Shown here one piece after another: positions 38,701 through 51,345 of a stretch of DNA of 64,000 nt (positions are counted from its first letter, which is position 1; each line of letters begins with the position of its first letter). A program made the position numbers and the translations under genes. Source of the DNA: Tricharina praecox (lineage: Eukaryota); NCBI RefSeq assembly GCF_024521635.1, contig NW_026250432.1:124001-188000 (forward strand). Direction: 5' to 3'. The notes below the pieces were generated by a model. That model was not told where the DNA came from and searched no databases. It saw only the letters and a list, made by a program, of their open reading frames with translations.

Positions 38701-40154
38701 CGCATCTGATCGACCAGAAGACGCTGGATAAGATTGGACCACAGCGACGGGACAGTCGTCGTTCAGTCGAGAGTTCGTCCGAAGATGAAGATACTCTTGA
38801 TCGTAAGGCGATTGCAAGAGTGCAGAAGGTTTTGGCTGGTGGTGATAGCGACAGCGAATACGACGACGATGACAATGATGAGGAATCGGACAATGAGCCG
38901 GACTACGCAAGCAGCATCGATTCGCGTGCGGCAGCACCAAAGCGAGACGCCGATTTGCCTCGAGCTGGACGTATGAAGATCGTGGGCCAGAAGCCGGAAC
39001 CCGAGGTTGTCATCGGTGATGTACACTATCGGCCTGGTTCCTCGGGAAAGCCACTCGAGCCGACGGACATCCCAAAGGTTGATTTTGGTATGACATTCAG
39101 CCACGGAAGATGTCTGTCGACGGATCTGAATGCGAAGGGCGTTCCGAGGAGTACTGTTGCTGGGGGTACTGTTGCTGCGGTTGAGCCCGAAACCTTCCCA
39201 ACTCCGCAACGGGGTACAGTGGTTGGTGGTGGTGGTGGCAGCGGTCGGGGGAATCATAGTCGCGCACCCTCCATGTCGTCTGGGGGAAACCGCGAATCTC
39301 CGAGTTCTGAGGAACACTTGGGGAGACGGAGGAGTATGGCATGGCAGCCTGGTATCGTGCCGCCGCCAAACAACAACACCGACCGCACCGCCGCTGAACG
39401 ATATGTTAGCGAGAGAGCTGCGCAAGCAGCCGCCACCAGCCAATCACGCAACCGCCAACTGCATCACAGGAAGCCATCCAGCACCGCGCCGACCCCTCAG
39501 CGGAATCAGTCGGTCGAGCATCTTCCCACCAGGCCGGCTTCCCGCGGCCCCAATGCAGCCTTCATGGCCCACGGCCTCGTGTCGGCACCGGATCTCTCGA
39601 CCCATCTCTCGGCGCGCGAGCAGGAATACGTAGCTCGTGTGACTGGCTCGACGCTCCTCCACATGGAAGGTGTTCAGACCAATAATCCGCCGCACAGGGC
39701 GGGCCTCATCGGAGCCATCCATTCGAGGGAGACGGAAAAGCAGCAGATCAAGGAATCGTTCCAGCGCGGAACTTCTAGCATCACGGTCGAGCAAGAGATT
39801 GCGAGGCGGCAGCAAATGCAGGCGGCGAAGGAACAGGCCATGAGGGCGGGAAGGACGCCGAGTCCCAGGGCATTCTCGACGACCATGGACCAGCAGCAGC
39901 AGGGCTACTTCCCGCAGCAACAGATTCCGCCGATTCCGGCGCTGCCCCCGCCACCGCCGCCGCAGCATCAGCAGTTGCAGCAGTTCCAGCAGCAGCAACA
40001 GTACTTGCAGCAACAACAGTTGTTTCAGCGCCAGCAGTTCCTCCTGCAGCAGCAGCAGCAACATCAGCAGCAGCAGCAGCAGCAGCAGATCTTCTACGCG
40101 CAGCAGCAGCAGATGGGGTATGATTACTCTGGTCAACAGGGACAGGGACGTTGA
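35792..40154 (+). CDS. Skg3/Caf120-like PH-domain protein with long disordered polyQ C-terminus, 4 exons
   Basis: Exon 1 MTRAR (ATG 35792), then ELQPAFNLLNIHSEKLYTEGYFLKL, WKECFAQLHGTVLSLWDA, ISTAGRNRYLFHF, WVRVRFGAGTPWRKCW and HLSAREQEYVAR. Three GT-AG introns keep the frame. Confidence 0.88.
39960..40112 (+). repeat. Coding CAG/CAA repeats (interrupted polyQ)
   Basis: QHQQLQQFQQQQQYLQQQQLFQRQQFLLQQQQQHQQQQQQQQIFYAQQQQ near the C-terminus. Confidence 0.9.
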
Positions 40155-41419
40155 ATACCGAGGAGAGATTCAGCGAAGAATGAGTTGATTATTGTGGAAT
40201 TTTCTTTCTTTCTTTTCTTCATTGTAGAGGTTGCATTTGTTGTCAAGTACCAAAATCTTGCAATTTGAGCGTTTGGGTTTTGTTTTGCTAGGATTTTTTT
40301 GTTTGTTTTTGTGTTTGTTTTCTTTTGCATCTGCCTGCCTGTTGTTTTTGGGGATTCATTTTTTCATTTTCGGGGGTTCTTTGGGTGTTCGTTTTGTTTG
40401 CCAATAATTATGACTGAAGTAAGTATTTTAACTGGATCTTTTTCTCTCTCTTCGTTTTTTTTCTGGACATGGACGGGCAAAAAGTGGATTTGCATGGAGT
40501 GGGGGGATGGGGATGTGGGATGGGGATGTGGGATGGGGATGGATGGGGGATATGTTTCTGTGGGTGTAAATGTTGGAGGGAGGGAGGGAAACGGTCATAA
40601 TAGTGTGAATCTGCTTAGTGTCAGATACGAAGGCCGGAGGAAGAGGCATGAGGTGGGGAGGAGGCATGTGGAGGAGGCACGAGGAGGACGGAGAATGAGA
40701 ATGTTTCTTTCTTTTCTTTCTTTCGGAAATTTCGATATTAATTTGCATCTACTCTATGATCTCTACATAAACCTTCCTTCTCATCATCTCATCATCAATC
40801 GTGAACCTAACCTATTTTTCCATTCTTTGCAAGGTCAGTCCTGCTGTCCGAAAAGAGAAACGTGAAGGAAGTTGTGAAAGTAATGGGTAAAAGGTGATGT
40901 CAGATTCCCAGTTCTAAGCACGAAAGTCTCCGGGTAATCCATGGGAGCCCGGGAACTTCTCATACGGCTCTTCCTGATTGTATTGGGTACGGCTTTGAGC
41001 CTTCATCATTGTATCGTTGTTGTGGTTGTGGGGTGGGAACGGGCAGTGGAGGGAGAGGGGGGGGGAGGAACTTACAGGTTGTGATTGACGATGCTGGTTG
41101 GTGGTTCCTCTAAACGTTGAGAGATGGAGGAGTGAAGAGGAGGATGGAAGGAAGAAAAAAACCGAGAAGGATAATTTAAGAACCCGTGGGGTGTGCAGGG
41201 ATGTGTCTTCAACTTTTTTTTTCTCTTTCCACCGACACGCGCGCTCTTTGGAGCGGAGCCGCATCTCACTACAGACGCTATCCACATCCCACCCTGACCT
41301 ACACCCAGGAAGTATCTACGTAAACTTTTTTTTGCGCAGAGCACTGCACGCCCGCCCCACCACCGCCCCACCCCCCTCCACCACCCTCTACCCCACGGAC
41401 CAGGGCGCAAACAAGAGCA

Positions 41420-43257
41420 ATGACAGAATCAATGATCACCGCCACAGCGTGGGTGCCGCGCGGCTTCGCCGCCGCGCACCCCAAGCGCATCGAGCTCGAC
41501 GAGAAGGAATTTGAGCGCATCTCAGAGCTGGCAAAATTGCAGCTCGAGGATGCGAGGGACGAGATGATGGGTGGTGAAAGTGGTCCTGAGGAACACGTAG
41601 GGGCAGAGGCTGGGGATGCTATGGAGATTGAACAAGAGGAGGAGGAGGGTGTGGACAAGGCAAAGGCCGCTGCCGCGGCGGCGGAGAGTGGGGCGAATGA
41701 AGGGGGTGGGGTGGGAATTGGGGGGAAGAAAGGGAAGAAGGAGAAGGGGGAGAACGGGAATGGGAAGAAGGAGAGGTCTGAGGATATGGATGATGATCTG
41801 AGGGAGTATAATCTTGAGGACTATGATGAGCCTACGGAGGAGGAGCGCAGGAGTGGTGGTAGTGAGTCTTCTCGATATGTGGGGTGGGTGGGTTGAAGGG
41901 TGTGGTGTGCTGACTGCTGGAAGCACTGGGGATGTTTGGCAACGTCAAGTCGCTGGCGTACTACGAGCCCGGCGAGGAGGACCCATACATCACGCTTGCG
42001 CCCAACGGAGAAATGGACGAGGAGGAGCGGGAGGAGCTGCAGATCCTGCCGACGGACAACCTGCTGTTGGTGGGGAAGGTCGAGGATGAGATTGCGCACC
42101 TCGAGGTGTACGTCTACGAGGACGAGGCGGACAATCTGTACGTGCACCACGACATCATGCTGCCGGCGATCCCGCTGTGTCTCGAGTGGCTCGATGTGCC
42201 GGTCAATCCCGGCTCCACGATTGCGGCGGATGCGCGGGGCAACTTCGTGGCGATCGGAACGACGGATCCAGACATCGAGATCTGGGACCTGGATACGGTC
42301 GACAGTATGTTTCCGAATGCGATCCTGGGTGCCGGCGGCGATGAGAAGGCGCGGAAAAAGAGGAAGAAGAAGAAGTCGCCCAAGGCAAACGACGAGTACC
42401 ACGTCGGCGCTGTCCAGGCTCTCGCGGGAAACCGCCAACACCGCAATCTCCTCGCCTCCGCGTCCGCCGATACGACTGTCAAGCTGTGGGATCTCACCAC
42501 GACCAAGTGTGCGAAATCCTACAGCTACCACACGAACCAGGTGTGCGCGCTTGCCTGGAACCCGTCGCAGGCAACGACGCTGCTCTCCGGATCTTACGAT
42601 CGGACCGTGGTGTGGGCGGACATGCGATCGCCGGACGCGAAGCAGCCCACGTGGGGAGTCGAGAGCGACGTAGAGGCGCTCAAGTGGGATCCCCACAACC
42701 ACAACTTCTTCTACGTCTCGACCGAGTCCGGCTACGTTCACTTCTTCGATACCCGCACGCTCCCCACCACCCCCGCCGACTCGAAACCCGTGTGGACCCT
42801 CCAGGCACACGACAAGGCAGTCTCCGCTTTCGACATCAACCCGATCATCCCCGGCTTCCTCGCCACCGGCTCCGTCGACAAGACCGTCAAGCTGTGGAAT
42901 ACCCAGGCGTCCGCCGGAGGCCCCAGCATGGTCGTCAGCAGGGATATGGACGTCGGCAAAGTCTTCTCTACCAGCTTCGCGCCGGACAAGGAAGTGGGCT
43001 TCCGACTGGCCGTCGCCGGATCCAAGGGTGTTGCCACCGTGTGGGACACCTCGACGAACGCGGGTGTGCGCCGGGTCTTTGGCGACCGCGTCAAGGTCTC
43101 TGATCCCACGAAACCGGATCGTGCGGTCAGGACAAATGCTGGCGACTACGAGAGCGAGAGTGATGACGAGGAGGGTGAGGGCGCGAGCGGTGATGATGAT
43201 GACGGCGAGGAGGCTGCCGCTATGCCAGATGGATGGGAAAGTATGGATGATGAATAG
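41420..43257 (+). CDS. PWP1: Periodic tryptophan protein 1 (WD40, ribosome biogenesis), 2 exons
   Basis: MITATAWVPRG, EREELQILPTDNLLL, NLYVHHDIMLPAIPLCLEWL, NFVAIGTTDPDIEIWDLD, WD repeats. Intron 41862-41923. Confidence 0.96.
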
Positions 43258-43541
43258 GCGGGCTGCAGGCGTAATTTGATAACCCGGGTTGTTTTTGTAT
43301 ATAGGTCGCTGTCTTTTTGCTTGGGTTGGGTGGGGATAAAAGTAATTGATTTTCAACACATGGGGTCTCACTCGTGAGGTTGCGTGGCGGTGGATATACC
43401 GTTCTTCTAAATCCCAGCCCTTGATCCGCTGCAAACCTCGTAAGGCCAATGGACCGCATATTACGTTGTCCATGAGCTTGCTATGACTCCTGACCAATAC
43501 CGTACACTCCGGATTCTACATGATCTGAAAAGTATATTCCT

Positions 43542-44753
43542 CTAACCATGCGAAGCCTCATCCGTGCCGGGACAGCCCTCCATTTCGTCGTCTTCGTACT
43601 GCCACTTGCACCAGAAGCAGTACTTGTGTACATCTCGCAAATGCCGGACGATCATATCCAACTTCTCCTCGAACGGCAGCTGCTCAAACTCTTTCAGCTC
43701 CTCGTCTTCGTCCTCCAGCCCGTCCCCTCCTCCATCCTCCTCAAAGATCTTGCCCTTCTCTCCCAGTATCCCCGGTTTCACACCCAGCGCGATTTTATCC
43801 ACCTCGTCGAGCTCGTGCATCCTATGGTAACCGGGCAATCGCGGCTGCCCCAGTCCCTGCTCCATATCGTATCTCATCCTCCTCTCCTGCTCCTTCTCCT
43901 CGCGATGCTTGACCAGCCCCCGCCACAGGACATTGATACTCCTCAGCGGGATCTCCCTCGCCTTGCCAATATCGACCTCCTCGACGCCATAGTCCCTGGC
44001 CATGTCCAGCTTCTCAGCCACCTTCTGCGCAGCATAGAACTGCGCCTGGAACCGCTTCTCCTCCCTCTCGACCCTAACGCGGTCCCTAAAGTCCTCAGGA
44101 TCAACCTCTACCCGTTTCGTCGTCCTCCCCGCCGCGCCCGCCTCCTCCTGCAGCTTCCGTTTCATCTCGGCGGCATGCCCAATACCCGCTCTATCCTCCT
44201 TGACCGCGACACCAATCGGTTCCAGCACTACATCCCCCCTTTCCCGCCCCTTCTTATCCCCGTCCCCCACCCCCTCCCCCCCCTCTTGCTTCTTCCCTAA
44301 CCCCCGCCCCGGCGTAAACCCCATCATCTTCATCATGCGCAGCCCCTTATTACTGCGCTCCGCCTCGTCATCGATCAAGCTGCGCTGCAGCGCCGCCTCG
44401 CGCTTCTCCTTCTCCTGCCGCGCAAGCTCCGCCTTGCTCTTGGGCCGCCCGCGAGCTTCGGATTCGCGCTGCTGCCGGAGTGTCCGCTGTGTCAATGTCT
44501 CCCGGATGGGTAAGGGGTCCGCGATTATCATCGACATGTAATCGTCTTCTTCTTCTCCGGAGGCGGTGGGGGCGGGGGGGGGAGGGGCGGTAGTGGTGGA
44601 GGGGGTGGAAGTGGGGGCGGCAGAAGGCGGTGGTGGTGGTGCGATGATCGCTGGACTGCTGGTGCGCCCCCGGCGGGGCGGCGGCGGTGTGTCCTCTTCC
44701 GATGAGGAGTGCGATAGGAGTAGGCGCTTGCCGGGGCGCGGTGGGGGTGGCAT
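43542..44753 (-). CDS. G-patch + DUF4187 protein (GPATCH11/Cmg1-like)
   Basis: EEDDYMSM, G-patch SNKGLRMMKMMGFTPGRGLGK...EPI...RAGIG, C-terminal HLRDVHKYCFWCKWQY...CPG...HG. Confidence 0.92.
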   Translation of the reverse strand: MPPPPRPGKRLLLSHSSSEEDTPPPPRRGRTSSPAIIAPPPPPSAAPTSTPSTTTAPPPPAPTASGEEEDDYMSMIIADPLPIRETLTQRTLRQQRESEARGRPKSKAELARQEKEKREAALQRSLIDDEAERSNKGLRMMKMMGFTPGRGLGKKQEGGEGVGDGDKKGRERGDVVLEPIGVAVKEDRAGIGHAAEMKRKLQEEAGAAGRTTKRVEVDPEDFRDRVRVEREEKRFQAQFYAAQKVAEKLDMARDYGVEEVDIGKAREIPLRSINVLWRGLVKHREEKEQERRMRYDMEQGLGQPRLPGYHRMHELDEVDKIALGVKPGILGEKGKIFEEDGGGDGLEDEDEELKEFEQLPFEEKLDMIVRHLRDVHKYCFWCKWQYEDDEMEGCPGTDEASHG

Positions 44754-45512
44754 CTTGGTGCTGCTCGTGGTGGTGGTGGTGGTGATATGGAGTTGTGCGG
44801 TGGGGTGGGATAGGTACGCGTCGGTGAGCTGAGTGTTAAGCAGTAGTTATGGTGGGGTTCGCGGTTCACACGCGGGAGCATGGGGTATCACTCGTCTTTG
44901 GCGACGTGAAGGATCGGATTATACTTTATTTTTACACCAACGATGCTCGAGTTGCTGCGGAGTTTGGACTGGTAGATGTCGGGTTGGACAGTGGACGGTG
45001 AACAGTGGACTTGGAACGGTGTGTGTATATTGGGGAGAGGGAGAGGGAGAGAACATCCCCGCTCCGCTCTCTTCCCAGATCGGCTCTGCTCATTCAGCCC
45101 AATCCTCCCAAGCCCACCACCACTCATCACTCATCCTACATATGTAACAAATGTCACTTCCCATATACTTTAGATCCTACACACAAGAACCGCATCAACC
45201 GCCAACCACCATGGACATCATCATGACGGAAGGACCATCTGGATTCTGGAACGCTCGCAATGCAATCGCCCAGGCAGAATCAACCAAGCTTCAGCCGTCC
45301 CGTTATTACTAGTATGTAGAACCATCTACCTAATGTACCTCCCGCCCACTTTATCCCCCGTATCCTACAAGGTATTCTATTCGATTCCAGTTCCAGTTCC
45401 AACGCCAATGAACAACCCACTATGCACTATGATAATGTACAATACAAATATACACGCAAAACAAAATAACTCAACCAAACCAAACCATCTATACACCCAA
45501 AACGCAACCATA

Positions 45513-47873
45513 TCACGCCTTCTTCTCCAGCCCGAGCACTTCCATATCGACGCCCTGCACGCCCATATCCAACCTAGCACGCAGGACATCATCATGGGCA
45601 AGTACACTATCGCCGAGCTCCCTCTTCAAGAGGACGGTAAGACTCTGCAGGCTCCCATCCTCCTCCTCGATCCTGAGTGGTCTGCGTCTCGCCGCTACCG
45701 CAGCCGGCGATTTCCTCCCGCCTGCGCCTCGCTGGGCCATGATCTGCCTGCCCAGGTCTCTGAGGCGCTCGACGGAGGTAAGAACCGTGCCCGCGGCGAT
45801 GCGGGGTCTTCCGCCGGTGATCTTGGGATCCCACGGCCGCGCGCGGAGCACGCCGAACGCTACTTCCTGCACTACTGTTTGGTCGATTGGCGTGCCCCAC
45901 AGAGATGTGCCCGCGTGCAAGGCGATTAGGGTGCCCTCGAGATCCCGCGCGAGGAGGAAGCACTTGATGATCGCGTACCAGATGTCGAGGAGCTTGCCGG
46001 CGTCGTCGGAGTCTGGCGTGGTGGGTGGCAGGTGCTGTACGGTCAGCGCGAAGAGCTCGCGCGGGGTCAGGAAGTCGTGGTTTTTGCGGTGGGTTTGTGT
46101 GTAGTGGCGCCACATTGCCGTCCACATCACCAAGAACGACGTGAGGTCCGGCGTCACCCGTGATGTGCGCAGCATGCTGTCGAAGGTCACCGCGAGCCGC
46201 GTCATGTCGTGGGTGCGCAGCAGGGCGTGCAAAAGGTGGTTCATGATGTAGCTGTTTGGCGGGATGGCACACGCCGTCATCTGGTCGAACAGCGTCAGGA
46301 TGTGCGACATCTGCTGGCGGCGCGCGTAGTAGTGCACGAGGATGCTGAAGGTCTGGATCGTTGCGGGGGGGATTTGCGGGCCGGGGACTTGCGGGGTGCC
46401 GCGGGGACGCGGACGGCGGGTGCGAGTGACGGCCGGGCTGGGGCACTTCGACGTCGCGATCTGCCCGATCCGCTCCGTGATCATCTGCTCGGCGATGGAG
46501 GCCGCCATTTCGGGCTTGCCTTGCTGCAGGAACGCCTGCATCACCCAGTTGCAGTGGATGCTGTCCGGCAGGAACTGCTGCGACGGCATCACGTCTGTGA
46601 TCAGCTGCCACGCGAGGTCCGCCCGCTCCATCCGTATCAGGTTCAACATCCACCCGCCGTAAAAGTACTTGTCCGCGACACTCGTGGGCAGGTTCTTCAG
46701 CGCATCCACCGACACGGCATTCAGCTGATCCGGATCGACGGTTTCCTCCTGAGCCGCCTTGACCGCGGCCGAAAGATTGCTATGAGTATCGGTCTGCTGT
46801 CGATCCAATGCATTGTGTCCCGCAAAGACCATATGCTTGTAGACCTTGAGTCCCATCGCGGGCTGATAGCTATCGAGAAACGACATGGCGAGATCATCAA
46901 ACTGCTTTGCCGTGATCCTCTCGCCATTCTTTTCGGCACACTCCCGCATAGTCTCATAGACCTTCCACGCCTTCTCCCCCTCAAAAACATGATTCCACGC
47001 CATGATGACCGGAATCCACGCCTTATGCTGGACACTTCCCAGCACAGCCTGCATACGGTGCACAATCTCCTGCGCTTCTGCAGGCTGCTGCAGCAGCGCC
47101 CTCAGCCTGACGCCGAGACTAAACACCTCTCTCGTCGGCGCGCGTTCCACTAAGTCCTCCCACCTCATTACCGCCTGCTCCCTAGCACCATTCCAGAACA
47201 ACCCGCCAATATACCTCATCTCCGCCTCGGTATCCATCTGTGCCCCGGCCAGACACATCAAATCGCCAATAACCCTACTCCGCACCGTCGGAATCGCCTC
47301 TTTATCTGTCTCGAGCCGCCACAGCAACTTCCACGCCACCGGCGTCAGCAACTGCAGCAGCCGCGGATGCGCCTCCAGCCGGCGCAGCCGCGCGATCACC
47401 TCCGCCGAAGCCTTCTCCGCCCCCACCGCCGCTTTCTCAGAGCCTCGCAGCGCGCTCGCCAGCTTCCGCAGGAGAAACATCTCCTCGCAGCCCAGGCCGG
47501 CAGTGGAGCTGACCAACCCTCCCATCTCCGCGCCGACCCGGCGCACGAGCCGTCCGCGCCCTCCCATCCCCGCCGCCACCGGCCGCACCACCGGCCGCGC
47601 CCCCGGCCGCACCACCACCGCCGGCCTTAGGAACGTCGGCCTTGGCAGCTGCGGGGGCGGGACGGTATCGAAGATCCGCACCTCAGCGTCGTCGCGCGAC
47701 GTGGGCACGTCGTCGATGGAGTTCCATTGCCGCGGTTGTTTGCTGCCGCCGACGCCGCCGGGGGCCGGTAGCTCGCGGAGCACGGCGCGTTCCGATCGGA
47801 GCTTTTGGAGGTTTGCGAAGAGGCTGCGGAGTTTGCTGCTGTCGGGGGGTAAGCGGATGCGGGTGCGGAGCAT
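45513..47873 (-). CDS. Pentatricopeptide-repeat protein, probably mitochondrial (786 aa)
   Basis: Arg-rich N-terminus; PPR-like units (WIPVIMAWNHVFEGEKAWKVYETM, PDSIHCNWVMQAF, PATIQTFSILVHYY...FDQM...IPPNSYIMNHLL, VTPDLTSF). Confidence 0.82.
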   Translation of the reverse strand: MLRTRIRLPPDSSKLRSLFANLQKLRSERAVLRELPAPGGVGGSKQPRQWNSIDDVPTSRDDAEVRIFDTVPPPQLPRPTFLRPAVVVRPGARPVVRPVAAGMGGRGRLVRRVGAEMGGLVSSTAGLGCEEMFLLRKLASALRGSEKAAVGAEKASAEVIARLRRLEAHPRLLQLLTPVAWKLLWRLETDKEAIPTVRSRVIGDLMCLAGAQMDTEAEMRYIGGLFWNGAREQAVMRWEDLVERAPTREVFSLGVRLRALLQQPAEAQEIVHRMQAVLGSVQHKAWIPVIMAWNHVFEGEKAWKVYETMRECAEKNGERITAKQFDDLAMSFLDSYQPAMGLKVYKHMVFAGHNALDRQQTDTHSNLSAAVKAAQEETVDPDQLNAVSVDALKNLPTSVADKYFYGGWMLNLIRMERADLAWQLITDVMPSQQFLPDSIHCNWVMQAFLQQGKPEMAASIAEQMITERIGQIATSKCPSPAVTRTRRPRPRGTPQVPGPQIPPATIQTFSILVHYYARRQQMSHILTLFDQMTACAIPPNSYIMNHLLHALLRTHDMTRLAVTFDSMLRTSRVTPDLTSFLVMWTAMWRHYTQTHRKNHDFLTPRELFALTVQHLPPTTPDSDDAGKLLDIWYAIIKCFLLARDLEGTLIALHAGTSLWGTPIDQTVVQEVAFGVLRARPWDPKITGGRPRIAAGTVLTSVERLRDLGRQIMAQRGAGGRKSPAAVAARRRPLRIEEEDGSLQSLTVLLKRELGDSVLAHDDVLRARLDMGVQGVDMEVLGLEKKA

Positions 47874-48457
47874 TGGTTGGATGTGTTTAATGGGAGGGGG
47901 GGGAGTGAGGTGCCTAGGTGTGTAGTGGGTGGTTTGAAGGAATCAATGATCGTAGTGGGGGTGGGGGGCTAGCTTGGCGTGCATCATTCATGATGAGCGC
48001 TGTTCACGCACGAAGAATGGCTCGGTGAAAAATAGGTACAATACAGTACATGAGTAAGAATACAGGTCGTCAATCGTCGTCATATCAAGACACTCCTCTC
48101 CTCCTCCTGCTCCTCCTCCTCCTCCTGCTCCTCCTCCTCCTCCCCTCCTCATTCTCCCTCGCCCTCTCGCTCTAGTCCTATCCAAAAAAAAATCAAACGC
48201 ATACAGATACATTGTTGAACACCGAACACCAAATAAACAAGCAGATGAAAAACGTGCAAGCACATCAAAAAAAAATATAAAAAAAAAAACCCTCCATCCA
48301 TCGTCCTCACCCATCTCCATCTCAGATAAATAACCGAAGAGAAAAAAATAAGCCAAACCAAACCATGTGCAGATGAGATGAGATGAGCATGCATGCACGC
48401 CACTCCACGCTCCCACAACCACGCCGAGCCTCACCATCAAAACCCCCCACCACGCAC

Positions 48458-49150
48458 TCAGATCCACCCCGCACTAAAAGCCGGCAACTGATCCTCAAAG
48501 ACGCCGCCCTGCCAGATCTCCTCCAGATAGTCCTCAGCACGGAAGCGGCGCAGGCCCCTGGCAAGCATGTACTCCTCCTCGACGTCGACGCTCTTGAAGC
48601 CCGCGATCTCCTCGGCCATCTCCGCGACCTGCGCCAGCTCCGCGCCGAACGGGTGGGTACTCATGTGATGCTGCTGGTGTTGTTGGTGCTGCTGCGCGCG
48701 CGATGCGGAGTGCAGCTCCTTGGGCGGCTGCGCGGTTGGCGGCCATGTGGGCGGCATGCTAGGGTGCCGCGGGCGCGAGGTCTTCGCTTGAGGGGTGCGG
48801 GTGGACTGCGAGCGCAAGGGCACGGGCGAAGGGGTCGGCGCCGGTGCCGGCGCCACAAAGAAGCTGCTCAGGTGGTTTGGCGGGGCGTCGCGGTCGGCGA
48901 AGCCGAGCGGGCTCATGATGCTGGTGGGGGAGGTGCTGCCCGAGGCGCTCGAGGAGTTCGAGGATATCGAGCCGGTGGAGAGCGAGTTCCGCAGCGTCGG
49001 CGCGTCGTATGATAGCATGTTCGTCGTCGATAACAGCGCGATCGGCGCCGAGATCTTGTTCTTCGAGATCGAGTGCCGCTTCGAGCCATCGTTCAAAGTG
49101 TTCAGTCCGTTCCGCGAACTCTTCTTCGTGATGCTGCGGTTGAGCGCCAT
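48458..49150 (-). CDS. Conserved Pezizomycotina hypothetical protein (230 aa)
   Basis: ISAPIALLSTTNMLSYDAP N-terminal block and HPFGAELAQVAEMAEE...EEEYMLARGLRRFRAEDYLEEI...WI C-terminal block; biased codon usage from ATG 49150. Confidence 0.82.
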   Translation of the reverse strand: MALNRSITKKSSRNGLNTLNDGSKRHSISKNKISAPIALLSTTNMLSYDAPTLRNSLSTGSISSNSSSASGSTSPTSIMSPLGFADRDAPPNHLSSFFVAPAPAPTPSPVPLRSQSTRTPQAKTSRPRHPSMPPTWPPTAQPPKELHSASRAQQHQQHQQHHMSTHPFGAELAQVAEMAEEIAGFKSVDVEEEYMLARGLRRFRAEDYLEEIWQGGVFEDQLPAFSAGWI

Positions 49151-50911
49151 GGTGCCGGTGTCGTGAGGTGCGAGTCGGCTGTTCAACTGTCCTGTCCAGG
49201 TGTGGTGGGCGGGGACGGGTGTGGGGGATGCCGCGGACGATATAAAGGTGCGGTAACGGTGCCGTCCCAAACACAGATGACCTTGAAGACTGTAGGTATG
49301 TACTCTAAAGTGTGGGGCTCTATATTGGCCGAGTCTAGGTTTTTGCAGTGCAGTGCGGGGGAAGGGGGGGTCAAGTGACGATGGTGCCGGTCTGGCTTCT
49401 CTTTATCGCCCCGGCTACTCCGAAAGTGCGTCGCAATATATGGCTAAAAGCGGTGGTTCGGCGGGTTGCGATATTCTCTTTCCGAAACCGCGGGGGGAAT
49501 GTCCGACGATTGATACTATGATCGATTGATTGATTGATTTGATTGTTGGCTGGCAACGATATAGAACGTATGTATGTATGTTTGATATGTATGATATGTA
49601 TGTGTGTGTACGTGTGTAAGGGAGTGCACGAAAATATCCCTTCCTGCTGGCTGGTGGGGGGGTGTGATGAAACGACAGCTGCGACCGCAAAAAATGAGTG
49701 AGTGAGTGGATGGATGAGAACGAGTGATTCCGATTCCGATTCGAATGCTTCAAGCAGCGACTGGCGGGCGACTGGGCGACTGACGACTGGCGACGAGTGC
49801 GGTAGTTGAGTGAATGTGGGTTTTGACAGGAGAAGCTGTAGTTTTAGGGGAGGGGAGGGGAGGGGAGGGGAGGGAGGGGTGTGGTGGGTGAAAAGGCGCT
49901 CCCAGGAGAAGTTACAGACCAGCCGTCGGAACAAAGAAGAAGAAGGGAAACGGAAGGGGGGCGCACGAGAATGGTAGATGAAAAAAAGCGCAGAAAAAAA
50001 GCGGGAAACAGCAGACTTGATACGTTTCGGTGCAGAGGCCGTGGTGGTGGTGTGGATTTTAATATCTCTACTCTGTGGACCGTCGGGGGACGGGGCACGG
50101 GGGAGCGAAAGCTGTGACACTTGGTGATGCAGGGGCATTCCGGCCCAGGGTAAATATCCTCCGCCATGCAAAAAAAAGGGCTCGTTGCTGGGGTTGGGCG
50201 GTGGATGGCGAGGGGGTGGATGGGGGCGTGGATGGATGGTGGTGGTGAACAAAAGGCGGCTGTGTAGAGCCAATCACGTCTCGGGCCCGACCGACGGAAC
50301 GGAACAAAGGGAGGGAGGTCTCAATAAATCCTCTCGTTCTTTCGCATCTTCTATTCGGGCGTGGAGACAGCAAGCAGGTACCCGTCGTGGAAGAACTCGG
50401 GATTGCGCCAGTCCAGTCACCACTCACCACTCACCACTCACCACTCACCACTCCCGCTTCAAGACTCAAGATAGGTAGTCGCCGGCACTAGTTATCTCCA
50501 CCATCTGCACGTGTTGCCCAGTGACCATAACTAACCTCCATGAGTCCATACTCTACATAAATACCTATCCACAAGCCTCATCCAGCGCTCGCGCATCGGT
50601 ATATAAACAAACCCTCCCCATCCACGCTCCGTGCCTCCACCCCGCGCGTGCGTAACTACTCTCCAGTTACTAGTATGGGCCAAGTACCATCCATACTCAA
50701 CCATCGCAGCACCCACTCACGGGGGTTTCGGATTGAGTTGAAGATTTGCAATTGCCGCCTTGTTGTTTCGGGCCAATGGGGGACCAGGATGGGTTGTGGA
50801 ATGGGTTGGGGGTTGTGGGATGGGTTGGGGGCAGTCCAAGCGCCTTTCCTTTCCTTTCCTTTCCTTTGGTTTTGTTGGGTTTGTTGGGTTTGTTCGAATC
50901 GATCGTGAAGG

Positions 50912-51345
50912 GGAAAGAAAGAGAGAAAGAAAGGAAGAAAGAAAGAAAGAAAGAAAGAAATCAGCAGACCCAGACCAGACACAGAGCCAGACCGAGACCA
51001 GACCGAGACCAGACCGGGACGAACCGTCAACCGGAGGCAGAACTGGGGAGAGACATAGCTGATAGTCATCCGTAGGGAAAGATGCCCGAGAGACAGAGAG
51101 AGACAGAGAGAGAGACAGAGAGAGACAGAGAGAGACAGAGAGAGAGACAGAGAGAGCTCAGAGTCGAGACGTCAGTTCAAAGTTGGCCGTACTATGGTTG
51201 AGGACGGTTCGGGATAGGTAGGGCATCGCCGAACTCGACGCACAAACATCACTTTGCCCGCCCTCGCCTTACTGTGAAGATACACAACACAGCAAAACAC
51301 AACAGAATAGAACACAACAGAACACAACAGAACACAACACAACCG
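50912..51345. repeat. Cluster of simple repeats: (AAAG)n, (GACCA/GACCGA)n, (GACAGAGAGA)n at 51088-51156, (AACAC/AGAAC)n
   Basis: Directly visible. Confidence 0.9.

Noticed and set aside
41821..43497. 558-aa antisense ORF opposite PWP1 (and similar long shadow ORFs over eIF4A, the PPR gene and DPP5)
   Set aside because: Expected from GC-rich codon bias of the sense gene; no recognisable protein features.
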